From the NCBI GenBank assembly GCA_049512075.1, contig JBEKXL010000001.1, forward strand, positions 224,001 to 288,000: a stretch of DNA of 64,000 bases, read 5' to 3'. Below the pieces are notes generated by a model that was not told the origin of the DNA, searched no databases, and saw only the letters and a list, made by a program, of their open reading frames with translations. Source of the stretch: Candidatus Bathyarchaeia archaeon (GTDB taxonomy: Archaea > Thermoproteota > Bathyarchaeia > Bathyarchaeales > Bathycorpusculaceae). Below, one piece after another: positions 10,298 to 19,873 of the stretch. Within the stretch, counting starts at the first letter, position 1, and the number at the start of each line of letters is the position of its first letter. A program made the translations under genes and the position numbers.

Positions 10298-10702
10298 ATG
10301 GCAGAAAAACCAACAGCAGCATTCGCGTTGTCTCTAATCGGAGCTATCTTCATCCTTCTGGGCGGCTTAGCCATGCTAGCTATAGGGGCTATTGCTGGCA
10401 CTACTTTTAGCCTCGCTGGCTTGGGCGACTTCGGCTTTGGCTTCTTGGCTGTAGGTGTTATTGGACTCATATGGGGAATAATAACGCTGTATGGCGCTAT
10501 CATGATGAACAGCACAGACAAATCTAGAGTCAGAACAGGCGCTATCCTAGTGCTAGTATTCTCAATAATAAGCTGGTTCGGCACTTTCGGAGGTTTCTTC
10601 ATCGGCTTCCTTCTGGGCTTGATAGGTGCTATACTCGGACTGACATGGAATCCCTCAACGACTGAAAGTACCGGAAAGCCGGCACCACCCGTGCCGCCAT
10701 AA
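10298..10702 (+). CDS. Small multi-pass membrane protein (DUF6114-like)
   Basis: Hydrophobic Gly-rich helices, GGFFIGFLLGLIGAIL. Confidence 0.7.
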   Translation: MAEKPTAAFALSLIGAIFILLGGLAMLAIGAIAGTTFSLAGLGDFGFGFLAVGVIGLIWGIITLYGAIMMNSTDKSRVRTGAILVLVFSIISWFGTFGGFFIGFLLGLIGAILGLTWNPSTTESTGKPAPPVPP

Positions 10703-10705
10703 CCC

Positions 10706-10720
10706 TTTTTTGTTTTTTTT
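10706..10720 (+). terminator. Archaeal oligo-T terminator
   Basis: T-rich run immediately after the stop codon at 10702. Confidence 0.5.
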
Positions 10721-11179
10721 ACTACGAGAAAACATGCGCACATTATTCTGTTAGTTCTGATTCTATTAAGAAAAGATACGGCTTCGCGAAGGCGCCACAT
10801 TGAAGTGGGCAAAGCACCTATCTGCTGGATTTATTCAAGTATTCATAAAGTTGGCGTGTGTAATTGTTCAGAGAGTCCAATCGTTTGATCACGTCAGCCA
10901 ACTGGACCTCTAATCGAACAACTCTTTCTCGAAGATCAGCTAAATCTCTTGCAGAGGTTTGTTCAGACAGGTTTTCCACAGCCTTCCGAGCTTTCTTAGA
11001 AGGCTATCCCCCCGAAGGACCTAAAAAGCTTTGTCATCAGTGTCTTAACCAACCTCGCCTGCCCATGCCGAATCCCACGTGTTCCCTCGCTACCTACCGT
11101 GCACGCATGAGCCTTTGCAGCATGCGTCTCTCATGAACAATTGAAAGTGCACGCAATCATTCCAGAGTCTGCGTGGTTT

Positions 11180-11309
11180 TGGCGGGCCCGCAGGGATTTG
11201 AGCCCAAACGGGGTCAAGTCCCACGACCCAGTTGCCAAAAAATGGCAAACGAGCGCGTCAAAACCCGCGCTCTTCAAAGCCGAGAGTTCGAATCTCTCCC
11301 GGGCTACCA
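11180..11309. other. Composite of two outward-facing tRNA 3' ends (att-like island boundary); not a complete tRNA
   Basis: Minus strand of 11180-11205 reads GGGCTCAAATCCCTGCGGGCCCGCCA (Lys/Arg-like). Plus strand 11282-11309 reads GAGAGTTCGAATCTCTCCCGGGCTACCA (Gln-like T-arm, acceptor strand and CCA). No D or anticodon arm found. Confidence 0.7.
11194..11221. repeat. 28-bp 11-6-11 palindrome, copy 1
   Basis: GGATTTGAGCC-CAAACG-GGGTCAAGTCC. Confidence 0.85.
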
Positions 11310-11395
11310 TCAACCCAAGTCAGGTCGACGTTCAAACTCTCGGAATCAGTGCCCGCGCTCAATTCCTTCGTTACTTTTTTCTCTATCCCTTTATC

Positions 11396-11557
11396 TTAGC
11401 GGGTGATTTCCCCGAGTTAGATAGAGTAGAACAATGCCTCCTGCGGCTGATAAGGCGGCTGCATACGTAAAGGCAATCAGGGGTGACATAAGAGCCCAGA
11501 GTGCTCCGACTACTGCGCTAGAGGCAAAGTCGCCAATGCCGTTAACCGTCTGCAGGC
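11396..11557 (-). pseudogene. MFS transporter C-terminal remnant
   Basis: Own translation LQTVNGIGDFASSAVVGALW...AAALSAAGGIVLLYLT*, no start codon. Confidence 0.55.
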
Positions 11558-12673
11558 GGAGCTTTGACTTGTCTCACCGGTGCAGTTTCATACGCCGCAT
11601 CTTTAGTGAACCCCAATATATCCAATGCAATTAGCCTCGGCTCGTCAACAATTCCAACAGCCGACATCCCGACTCTTATTGCGAACGGCGCTACCGTTGT
11701 GTGCTCTTTCACATCTTGAAGAACCTTTCTCTGTGAACCCAAAATAGCGCTCGCACGTGGCAGCGCTATTTTTTTCTATTTCTTTTAACCAACATATTTC
11801 CTAATGAATTCGTTTGGCCCTTGGTCGCTAAGGTCTTTTCTATGTTTACGGAAACAATTTAATTCAAAATTCGATGTTGGTCTCACGACAATCATCGATT
11901 AGTGTTACCGCGTAAGGTTCCTATTCGATTTTGAGTGAAATTTTAGTTTTCACACAAGCTCGAAAGAGTATGGAGACGTGTAGTTCCGAGTTCTGCAACC
12001 ACTCTCCTTCTGAAAATAATTTGGAAGGGAAATTCGCTTTTCTAAAAAAAGCGGTTAAACCCAAAGACTGTGTAAGAAAATTGAAATCTGTTTTTTATAT
12101 AGAAATGAAGGCGCGCCGCGCCCGCTTCCTATTTGAGACGTGAAGACTCGTTCTTATTTGAATTAAGGTTTTGAACCCTTTTGGGTTTAGGGACGAATGA
12201 GTTTAGACCTCTACCGGACTTGCGGGCTTGCGTCCGAGATAGACTTTCAGCATCATTTGCCAATTATTCAGACGAGTTGGAACCCAAGATAGCCCGATGG
12301 GAATTGAACTTCGCAGTGGGGACTTTGACCCCATGATTAAGACTTTGTTTCCTCATTAGAGGGTTTGTCGCGGTCTTCTCCATGGCCAATATGGGTTTTA
12401 TGCGACCCGGGTGTTATTGCCGCGAAATACGATGGATCTTTGTGCCATGGAAACATGGGTGGTCTTTTTAGTTTCCCAGGTTCTTTTTCTGCTATGAGAG
12501 TATTTCTTCCCTGCTCAAGATCTGTTGAACGCTGAATGTAGTACGATGCAAATTAGCGCGCGCGCTTTTTCACCGTTTTTTTCCCTATTTTTGTTTCGAG
12601 TCGTTAATCTTAACAATACCTGTTTTGATCCGTCAGACGAGCAAATTATTTTACTATCTAGCAAGATAAAGGC

Positions 12674-13291
12674 TTGATTAAAAGAGGGAGCGATGAAATG
12701 GGAAAGGGATCATACCTTGACATGACTCCCGAAATGCGGGATTTTGCGAAAGAATTACTTTCTGATTCTGATTTTAAAGAAGCCGATAGATTATCCTGGG
12801 ATCTTGCTCAGGGCACTAAAAAAATGCGGCTGGACGCGAGAGTTCGTCTTATGGAAATCGTTAAACCGCCACCGAAAAGACCGCTGGAATATGCCCAGCA
12901 TGAAATTCAATATCTTCCCCAGTCGACGCGAAACAGTATTCGTTATCTTGGCGATTATATAGACCTTTTAGTTAAGGCTTATGCGTTTGAGGTTACGAAA
13001 AATCCTCGTTGCAAGGAGACTTCTTTAAACGGGAATCTTCAAAGATTGAGTTCCACTAAACATGGCGTTCCCTTGCAGTTAATTGATAATTTGAGAAGAT
13101 ACAACGCTTTGTTCTATAATCCAGCCAAACATGACTTTAGCACTCCCCCGCCTGATCGCGAGCACCATTTCACTTCGATAGAGACTATTTACTTGGTTTT
13201 TCTCTCGATGAAGCTTGCAGATGATATCAAGAAAATCTCGCCTTTGGCTAATCTGGTGAGTCTTGATAAAGAATCGATTCAGGAGTTTTAG
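12674..13291 (+). CDS. Hypothetical protein, possibly HEPN-like
   Basis: 205-aa helical ORF with YNPAKH; likely start at ATG 12698. Confidence 0.55.
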   Translation: MIKRGSDEMGKGSYLDMTPEMRDFAKELLSDSDFKEADRLSWDLAQGTKKMRLDARVRLMEIVKPPPKRPLEYAQHEIQYLPQSTRNSIRYLGDYIDLLVKAYAFEVTKNPRCKETSLNGNLQRLSSTKHGVPLQLIDNLRRYNALFYNPAKHDFSTPPPDREHHFTSIETIYLVFLSMKLADDIKKISPLANLVSLDKESIQEF

Positions 13292-13485
13292 GAACTGAAT
13301 TTGTATTGTTCCATTAGCAATCTATGACGCTTTTTCCGACATAGCCAAAACTCCACTCGACTGTTCATACTTTCAATTTGTGCTTGGTAGCAAATATGCC
13401 TGCCGCGGAATTGTACCTATCCGACGGGAATGGAACCCCGTGGAGTGAATCTGACCACTCTAACACGACAAGAGATGGCCCGAGG

Positions 13486-13513
13486 GGATTTGAACCCAAA
13501 TGGGGTCAAGTCC
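13486..13513. repeat. 28-bp palindrome, copy 2
   Basis: GGATTTGAACC-CAAATG-GGGTCAAGTCC, preceded by CAAGAGATGGCCCGAGG and followed by a (GC)5 tract at 13522. Confidence 0.85.
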
Positions 13514-13664
13514 ATTCGTTTGCGCGCGCGCTTCTTGTCAAACGGCCTTGCTCGCCTTGTTAGCTCGCGCAGATTCACAGCCTATACAGTTGACTAGCGG
13601 GTAGGCGTCTGTTTCAGTTTGGTTGGCGTGCTTTGTCTTAGCGCGCGCGTTTCGGCACCGCATT

Positions 13665-14552
13665 CTAATGAAAATAGTTTTTGTCTGATATTTCGCCTTT
13701 TGTAACTTTCTCCACGAGACAATCAAGCAATTCGCCGTATGTGTGTATAAGTGAATTAAATTTAGTTTCAAGTTCTCGAAGTCTAATCCTCTTTTCTTTC
13801 TTTTCCATGACAAAAACAAGGCTCGAAGACTTATAATCGTAATAGAATTTTTCATGTGCCACACAATTCCTTATTTGATTTGCCTTGATTTCCCATTCTT
13901 CTGTATCCAGTACTCGTAGCGAAGGATAGTCACAAAGAAACCTTATCAACTCTTCATCGTTTTCTGGTCCTTTTCCAAGCTTCGCTTTGTAAATCTTGTT
14001 TAGCATTCCCTTTGTCCATTCATACCATGCCACATAGCCGTGTGCGACAATGAAGGCTTTCAACTTACGATTTCTTAGATTTCCAGCTAGACTTTGAATC
14101 TCTACATTGAATTGGATATTTCTCGTTCTGAACTGCATTCTCTCCTTTCGAGTATCATCGTAAAGTCTTTTTAACGTCTTAGGAGTCATGTCGAAAAGCT
14201 TCGTATATTCTTCTGTCCTTTTCCCTCGTGCTTCCCAAAACCACTTCATATAATTCTTGAGATATTCGCCCTTCACGTTTTGGATTGTCCTTGCCCATTC
14301 CTCTACATCATCCATTACCAGCTTGAACAGAAGCCTACCATACCAAAAGTCGTAAATATCCAGATTCTTGTTGAATGCCTCAGCACGGATTTCTCTAACT
14401 GAAAATACCTTTGTCCAATTTCCTCTGCAATTTATTTCCAGATTCTTTGAAGTTAGTATTAATTCGCCCCCGTCACAAATACACTTTTTAGCGCGTGAAT
14501 ACGCTACGCCTTTGAAAACGCCTTTTTTCACAACTTTTCCATTACGTTGCAT
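13665..14552 (-). CDS. Putative PH-like + HEPN domain protein
   Basis: N-terminal GELILTSKNL...EEWARTI (PH-like); C-terminal IRNCVAH (RNxxxH). Confidence 0.6.
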   Translation of the reverse strand: MQRNGKVVKKGVFKGVAYSRAKKCICDGGELILTSKNLEINCRGNWTKVFSVREIRAEAFNKNLDIYDFWYGRLLFKLVMDDVEEWARTIQNVKGEYLKNYMKWFWEARGKRTEEYTKLFDMTPKTLKRLYDDTRKERMQFRTRNIQFNVEIQSLAGNLRNRKLKAFIVAHGYVAWYEWTKGMLNKIYKAKLGKGPENDEELIRFLCDYPSLRVLDTEEWEIKANQIRNCVAHEKFYYDYKSSSLVFVMEKKEKRIRLRELETKFNSLIHTYGELLDCLVEKVTKGEISDKNYFH

Positions 14553-14564
14553 GATAGGTGACTC

Positions 14565-15167
14565 TCATGGTTCGAAAGTTATCAATTTTCCACCGTTAAA
14601 GACATTTCCACAGCAGGGGCATACGAACAAGACTTGGCTCATATTGAAGAAAAAATGCAGAAATTGCCCAATCTGTTTTGAGGGTATCTTGATGCCTTCT
14701 CTGTGAATTTCCAGCATGCTAAGGAACCATTCAGACTGTTCTCCAAGGATTCTCCATGCTTCCTCAATTTTACCGTTCTTAATCAAAGATTCGTCAATTC
14801 CATTTATGGTTCTCACACTTTCGACTTTTTCGTTTAGTTCCGTCTTTGCCTTATCACAATAATCTGGAAGAAGAGCATTGACTTTCTCTTTATCATCTAT
14901 CCCTTCTTTTGGTTCGAATCTAATGTGCCAATAGCTTTTCTGGTCACCTTGAACTCGGCTCGGATGAAAGAGAAAACAATACCATTTCGTGCCCTTCTGA
15001 ATCAAACCCAAAACTATCGGACGCACCTTTAGACGCAAAGTATCATAGACACTATGCAAAAAATCTGAATAAGACATTTTTGGGTTCGTTGGTATTTCAA
15101 TATAGGTTTCCCAGATGCGGTTTAAGTGTGGCTTCTCCATTTTCCTCACAGCAGAACAATGCCACAA
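14565..15167 (-). CDS. Hypothetical protein, resembles a stand-alone Lant_dehydr_C domain
   Basis: WETYIEI...VRP...WYCFLFH...HIRF...HFFFNM; likely start 15140. Confidence 0.5.
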   Translation of the reverse strand: MWHCSAVRKMEKPHLNRIWETYIEIPTNPKMSYSDFLHSVYDTLRLKVRPIVLGLIQKGTKWYCFLFHPSRVQGDQKSYWHIRFEPKEGIDDKEKVNALLPDYCDKAKTELNEKVESVRTINGIDESLIKNGKIEEAWRILGEQSEWFLSMLEIHREGIKIPSKQIGQFLHFFFNMSQVLFVCPCCGNVFNGGKLITFEP

Positions 15168-15509
15168 ATTACGTTATAACTATAGCTGTCTAGACTTGAT
15201 TAACATCCACCTCACGGAATCACCACACGCATAGCACGCGCGCTGAGTGATGGGAATTGCGAAGAAGCAGTTGTGATTTGCCCGATACACGATCAGATCA
15301 TTCCAGTGACTGCGACCTACCGTACATGGTAGTTCTATTGCTCGCCCAGAGCAAGAGATAAGAGTGAAGAGGCTTGAAAACGAACGTGGAAATAGGAGTT
15401 CTTTCATATCTTAACACTTATGGCAACACCCGAGAAAGTGACCTGATAGACTGCAGATACAGACTTGGCGAATCTTCGGAGAAAGAAAACCCCGCCAAGG
15501 AGGTAAACC

Positions 15510-15923
15510 ATGAAAAAAGGAAGGATCCAAAAAAAACGAAACCGGTGGTATGAGCAGACAGAACGCGCGCAGTCGCAGAGCACAAAGTTGTGGACTACAG
15601 GTGGTGAGACTCGCGCGCCTCAGTCAGTCTATGAAAAAGTTCAGAAGGAACTGACTGGTAAGAGTCACGATGAACTTCTTGAGAGGTTTGAGAAGCGCTG
15701 GAATTTTCTTTGGGAGAACAGGGCAAAAGTGAAGAAGACATATCCTAAATTCTCACAGGCACAAAACATGACCGATGAGGAGCTTATTGAAGCTATTGCC
15801 CAGATAGAATCCGACCTTGCAATCAACACTGACAGAGAGATCGCTATAGCTTTTCTACAGGACCAGAAGCGTTTTGAAGGCAGACAAAAAGGAAGAGTGG
15901 ATAAATCTTTCCGTGAACACTAG
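15510..15923 (+). CDS. Hypothetical protein
   Basis: GGAGGT upstream of the ATG; contains two short GC tracts, so may be mosaic. Confidence 0.45.
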   Translation: MKKGRIQKKRNRWYEQTERAQSQSTKLWTTGGETRAPQSVYEKVQKELTGKSHDELLERFEKRWNFLWENRAKVKKTYPKFSQAQNMTDEELIEAIAQIESDLAINTDREIAIAFLQDQKRFEGRQKGRVDKSFREH

Positions 15924-16160
15924 CAGGCAATCTCAAGCGCGCGCAACGTCGTTCCGGTTCAGCCTAGCCAAAATAGAACATGAACGCTCGGGCTTCTCCA
16001 TACACATCATTACATACATACCCAAGCACAGGTAAATAAGAAAATGTCAACCTCCAGAATTTAGCGAGACCCTAGCGCGCGCACTTACAAAGAGGAATTT
16101 AGGAACACGCTAGCGCGCTAGTTCGACAAACACAACATTAAGTTCGGGAAGCAACCAGAA

Positions 16161-16868
16161 CTAACCCCATTCTGCAAAAGACCTAGGCTCAAGATTCCAT
16201 ACGCAACTCTCTTTGACCCTCGCGTATCTCCAACATTGAGGCAGAAGTCTATGTTCTCTTTCAAATTGGTCAATGACCGTAATTCTAGCCTCAATTTTGA
16301 GTTCCTCGTTCAATGCCCACTTGTATTGATCCTGACTTATACTGAAACCTCCAAAAACTGTTGTGTGAGGATTCAAATTCCACTCTGTTTTTCCTGTATA
16401 GTATCCGCTTTCATCTTGGAGGTCCTTCACGTCATTGCCAATAATGACCTTGGTCTCGATTCTAATTCTTACGGGTAAAGAGTTACCCGCATGCTCTATC
16501 AACGTGGCAACAAACGGCAACGAGTCTCCAGGACGAGGATTCGCAGGTGTTGATGCGGTTGTTAAACGCAACAAAATAGGTGACACAAGGTTTCGTGTGT
16601 ATTCCTCGTACACTTGGTCTCTGCGCCTTCTTAATTCCTCAAACCTGTATTTGTTTCCCCTCTTACTCTTCGGATTGTAACGGTCAATTTTGGCGTGACA
16701 TTCATAACAAGCGGGCATTCCATTTTCTATGTTGTTGCCTCCATCGGGGTCAATGTGAGCTATCTCAATGTCTACTCCGCAAGCTTTCTTGCATAGACAA
16801 CAGTGACGGTCACTCCAAAGAAGCATTTTTATTTTGTCTTCGGGTCTAAATTCGGGTGGCCGAGGCAT
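16161..16868 (-). CDS. HNH endonuclease-domain protein
   Basis: CCLC...EIAHI...NGMPACYECH. Confidence 0.8.
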   Translation of the reverse strand: MPRPPEFRPEDKIKMLLWSDRHCCLCKKACGVDIEIAHIDPDGGNNIENGMPACYECHAKIDRYNPKSKRGNKYRFEELRRRRDQVYEEYTRNLVSPILLRLTTASTPANPRPGDSLPFVATLIEHAGNSLPVRIRIETKVIIGNDVKDLQDESGYYTGKTEWNLNPHTTVFGGFSISQDQYKWALNEELKIEARITVIDQFEREHRLLPQCWRYARVKESCVWNLEPRSFAEWG

Positions 16869-17015
16869 GTCTTTCCTCCGTGGTCTTAGCCTGTCGTATT
16901 ACTATTATCCGATTTGACTCAATGCGCATCGGCACTTAAAACGTTGTTTCTTTGATTTTTGAATAGAAATCAAGCAAGCTCTAACTACGGAAAACCAGCG
17001 CGCGCTGGCATCTGA

Positions 17016-17088
17016 AAAAAACCTCAGTAGCGATTCAATAATAAGTTTGACGAATTTTCACGGCAAGAGATGGCCCGAGGGGATTAGA
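17016..17088 (+). repeat. 73-bp repeat (copy of 49076-49148) ending in the left half of the 28-bp palindrome (copy 3, truncated)
   Basis: 6 mismatches versus 49076-49148 by eye; cut by CGCGCGCGC at 17090. Confidence 0.85.
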
Positions 17089-17098
17089 CCGCGCGCGC

Positions 17099-17461
17099 TA
17101 CACCTTAAGAAAGGACACAAGACCCGAATTAGTGCAAAGAGTCGGCATAAGAGTACGTGAGACAAACAATCTAGTTGAAAGGATGCACGGCACAGTCAAA
17201 GACAGAACAAGAGTAATGAGAGGACTCAAAAGCTTCGATTCTACAAAGTCACTTCTGGAAGGCTTCACAATTCACTACAACTATGTGAGACCACACCAAA
17301 GCCTAGGCGGAAAAACGCCAGCACAAGCAGCAAGAACACAAGCACCTTGCACGTGGAAAGGATTGATAGACGAAGCAACAAAACATGAAGCGCAACTTCT
17401 GGCCAAAACTACAAGTCCTGAGAAAACGGAGAAAAGAGAAATGGAGGCGGTAGTGAAATGA
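17099..17461 (+). pseudogene. IS6/IS240-like DDE transposase C-terminal fragment
   Basis: NNLVERMHGTVKDRTRVMRGLKS...HYNYVRPHQSLGGKTPA; begins immediately after the GC tract 17090-17098. Confidence 0.8.
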
Positions 17462-17626
17462 GAAAAGTCTTAGTTGCTCTTCCCGAAAATGTGGCCGATC
17501 TCTTGAACAGGGAGCGCGCGCGGAACGATAGGTGAGACTTGTTCAGACACCTTGCGAACAATAATAATGAGTTGGCTGTCAGAGAAAGGATATTTGACGA
17601 AAGGTGGGAAGCATGGCAAAGAATAA
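17458..17626 (+). pseudogene. Ribbon-helix-helix (CopG-like) gene frameshifted at a GC tract
   Basis: MRKVLVALPENVADLLNRE + cgcgcgc + (shifted frame) GTIGETCSDTLRTIIMSWLSEKGY. Confidence 0.65.
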
Positions 17627-17765
17627 ACCAAAACGAGAACTTACAGAAGAGGTTGACCTATTAGACGCTATGCTTTCAAGGCTTGTAGAATTGCTTGAAG
17701 AGAAAGGCATATTGACTCAAGAAGAATGGGAGAAGCATATCAAAGAAAGAGTCGTCGTGAAATAG
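17613..17765 (+). CDS. Small hypothetical protein (50 aa)
   Basis: MAKNKPKRELTEEVDLLDAMLSRLVELLEEKGILTQEEWE...; overlaps the upstream RHH stop. Confidence 0.55.
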   Translation: MAKNKPKRELTEEVDLLDAMLSRLVELLEEKGILTQEEWEKHIKERVVVK

Positions 17766-17774
17766 GTATTCTAT

Positions 17775-18233
17775 TCATTCATCATCCAATTTTCTATAGA
17801 AGCACTTAGGTAGTACAACATAATTCTGATTATTTTCAAGCATCTTAAATAGAGACGAATTCTTGAAGTAGGAGAAACTTTGTGGTGGTTTGAAATCAGG
17901 AAACACCGCAAAGGGATCTATAGGACTCTCAAACCTGAAAGCCTCATCGATTTCAAAAGCGTGAATGATTTTCGTACCGTTACAATAGTTTAGATAAGCA
18001 CGCTCGTCGATACCGCTTGCCTCTTTGCATTTCTGCCAAATTCTTTTGGGCGTTCCAGAATGAATCCTCTTTACTCTGAACTCACCAACAATGCCTCTAG
18101 TCGGGCTACTTTCATACACGAACACCATATCGGTCAAAAATTTGGGTTTCTGCTTGCGAAATTCATATTTTTTTTCGCCGGAGAAAATCTTCTTGGAGTA
18201 TACAGGTTTAACCGACAATAATACGCTCATCAC
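17775..18233 (-). CDS. ASCH (PUA-like) domain protein
   Basis: LLSVKPVYSKKIFSGEKKYEFRK, YESSP, PPQSF. Confidence 0.88.
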   Translation of the reverse strand: MMSVLLSVKPVYSKKIFSGEKKYEFRKQKPKFLTDMVFVYESSPTRGIVGEFRVKRIHSGTPKRIWQKCKEASGIDERAYLNYCNGTKIIHAFEIDEAFRFESPIDPFAVFPDFKPPQSFSYFKNSSLFKMLENNQNYVVLPKCFYRKLDDE

Positions 18234-19719
18234 TATTCGTCTCCTTGATTATTTTCTCGAATGATTCATCAGAGATTTCCTCAAATCCTCTTGGTGCTGA
18301 ACTTACGTCTTTGATAATGCCAAGCTTGATAAGTTTTTCTAAATTTATTCTTTTTGGGAAAGAATAAGTGTAGAGGAAATTCACAACGAAAGGACGGTTT
18401 TTTGGATAATAATCCCATTGTTCTTTAAGCTCTTTATCTGAGAAAACGCTTCTTTTCCTACACAAGTCAATGAATTGCCGATAATCGAAGATTGAGGTGT
18501 AAATTCCGTCGACGATTCCGAGTGTGGTAATGACGGACTTGTAGTAACCGTCAGTTCTGTAGAAAACAATGATGTCGCCGATTCTCAGATCTCGCCTAAT
18601 TGACCTTGAGACATAGACTTTCGATATAGCATTTCTGAAAGGTTCGTTTTCAACAAAATCCATAGGTGACTCAGTTCTGAGGATTGAATCAGGAAAGAGG
18701 TTGGTATGATACTGAGGATATATTGGAACGATGAACTTGCGTGCTTTTCTTGACATGAATGGGTACGTTGTTTTAGGAGAACTCAGTGATGCGTTTGGAG
18801 AAAAGTCATGAGTGAAGACCACCTCTTTTCCAGAGGCTGATTGCTTTATTCCGTGATATATGAAACCGTATTCTATCAACAGATTGATCAAGCGAGAATG
18901 TTCAACGCGTTTGGTAAACAAGGTAACATAGATTTCATCGACTGAGAGATGCAATGCATTGTCAAAGACGATTTTCAGGAATCTTTCTCCGATTTTCAAT
19001 CCATTGAGTTGAACCTTGAACGTTCCGATTTTGAGTCGTTTCTTCTTAGAGAACGGCGGTTCTATATCTGAGTAAGGTTCAGATTCATCTTCTGTTTTAA
19101 GATAAAGAAAAGCGATGATTTTATCATCTGATGAACACACGTAAGCGATCTCCTCTGCTTTACGGTTGAACCATTTGTCAAAATCAACGTAGTCTTCTCT
19201 GAAAGAGTCAAAAAACTCGTCTTTCAGGTTGATATTGCCGAAAAACTCTTTCTTTACAGAAGGCACTTTGTAATCCACGAGCTCAGGATTCTCTGCAGTA
19301 ACCTTTTCCAGAAACGAGTCAATGGAAAATACTTTTGTCTCAATTCCCAAGTCATGCGCTTTTCTATGGATTTTCGCGTCCTCGGTTATCAACAAATCTA
19401 CGCGGTCAGAAGCGACTTCATTTATTAGAGTTGTATCATTTCTGTCACTTTCTGAAGAATCGTATTTCTTTGCAACAGTTCGAACTTCATCTTTCAGTTG
19501 TGCTTGGGTTTTCAGTTGATTGTAACTCTGTATTTTCGTGAGAAATGCCTTTCTCGTCTCGGCATTCTGATGAAGAGATATTTCGTCAATTGTAACCTGA
19601 TGAACATATTTCTTGTATCCTAGTTTGTCAATCCACCAAAATAGTTTGCCGATTTCCTCTCTCGTTGGATCTTTTGCCTCGCGGTGCACTATGATATTAG
19701 TGTCCAGCAACACTCGCAA
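18208..19719 (-). CDS. PIN + GNAT + PUA/ASCH-like fusion protein
   Basis: VLLDTNI and LITED (PIN); LKIGTFKV...IGERFL (GNAT); IVPIYPQYHTNLFP...GDIIVFY (PUA-like). Confidence 0.82.
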   Translation of the reverse strand: MRVLLDTNIIVHREAKDPTREEIGKLFWWIDKLGYKKYVHQVTIDEISLHQNAETRKAFLTKIQSYNQLKTQAQLKDEVRTVAKKYDSSESDRNDTTLINEVASDRVDLLITEDAKIHRKAHDLGIETKVFSIDSFLEKVTAENPELVDYKVPSVKKEFFGNINLKDEFFDSFREDYVDFDKWFNRKAEEIAYVCSSDDKIIAFLYLKTEDESEPYSDIEPPFSKKKRLKIGTFKVQLNGLKIGERFLKIVFDNALHLSVDEIYVTLFTKRVEHSRLINLLIEYGFIYHGIKQSASGKEVVFTHDFSPNASLSSPKTTYPFMSRKARKFIVPIYPQYHTNLFPDSILRTESPMDFVENEPFRNAISKVYVSRSIRRDLRIGDIIVFYRTDGYYKSVITTLGIVDGIYTSIFDYRQFIDLCRKRSVFSDKELKEQWDYYPKNRPFVVNFLYTYSFPKRINLEKLIKLGIIKDVSSAPRGFEEISDESFEKIIKETNSDERIIVG

Positions 19720-19873
19720 CTTTCTTCCCTTTTCAGATTGTCTTGATCTCTTGAAAAGATTTGCCCCTAAAGAAGTGGAAAGCCTTCACCAACCACAAAT
19801 AACTTAACAGCGTATCGATACAAGGCAAAATTAAAAAGGGACAAAATCCACCACAAATAACGCAGCAGTATCG

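Noticed and set aside
11180-11309. Complete tRNA gene (with or without intron)
   Set aside because: Only T-arm and 3' acceptor strands are present; no D arm, anticodon arm or bulge-helix-bulge could be found on either strand.
11946-12080. Sequences resembling the MITE ends (GTTTTCACACAAGCTC, AGACTGTGTAAGAAAA)
   Set aside because: Imperfect, outward-facing and without a target duplication; no element can be defined.
12167-12335. Additional degenerate copies of the palindrome (GGTTTTGAACC at 12167; AAGATAGCCCGATGGGAATTGAAC near 12286)
   Set aside because: Too many mismatches and no correct second arm; may be decayed coding sequence.
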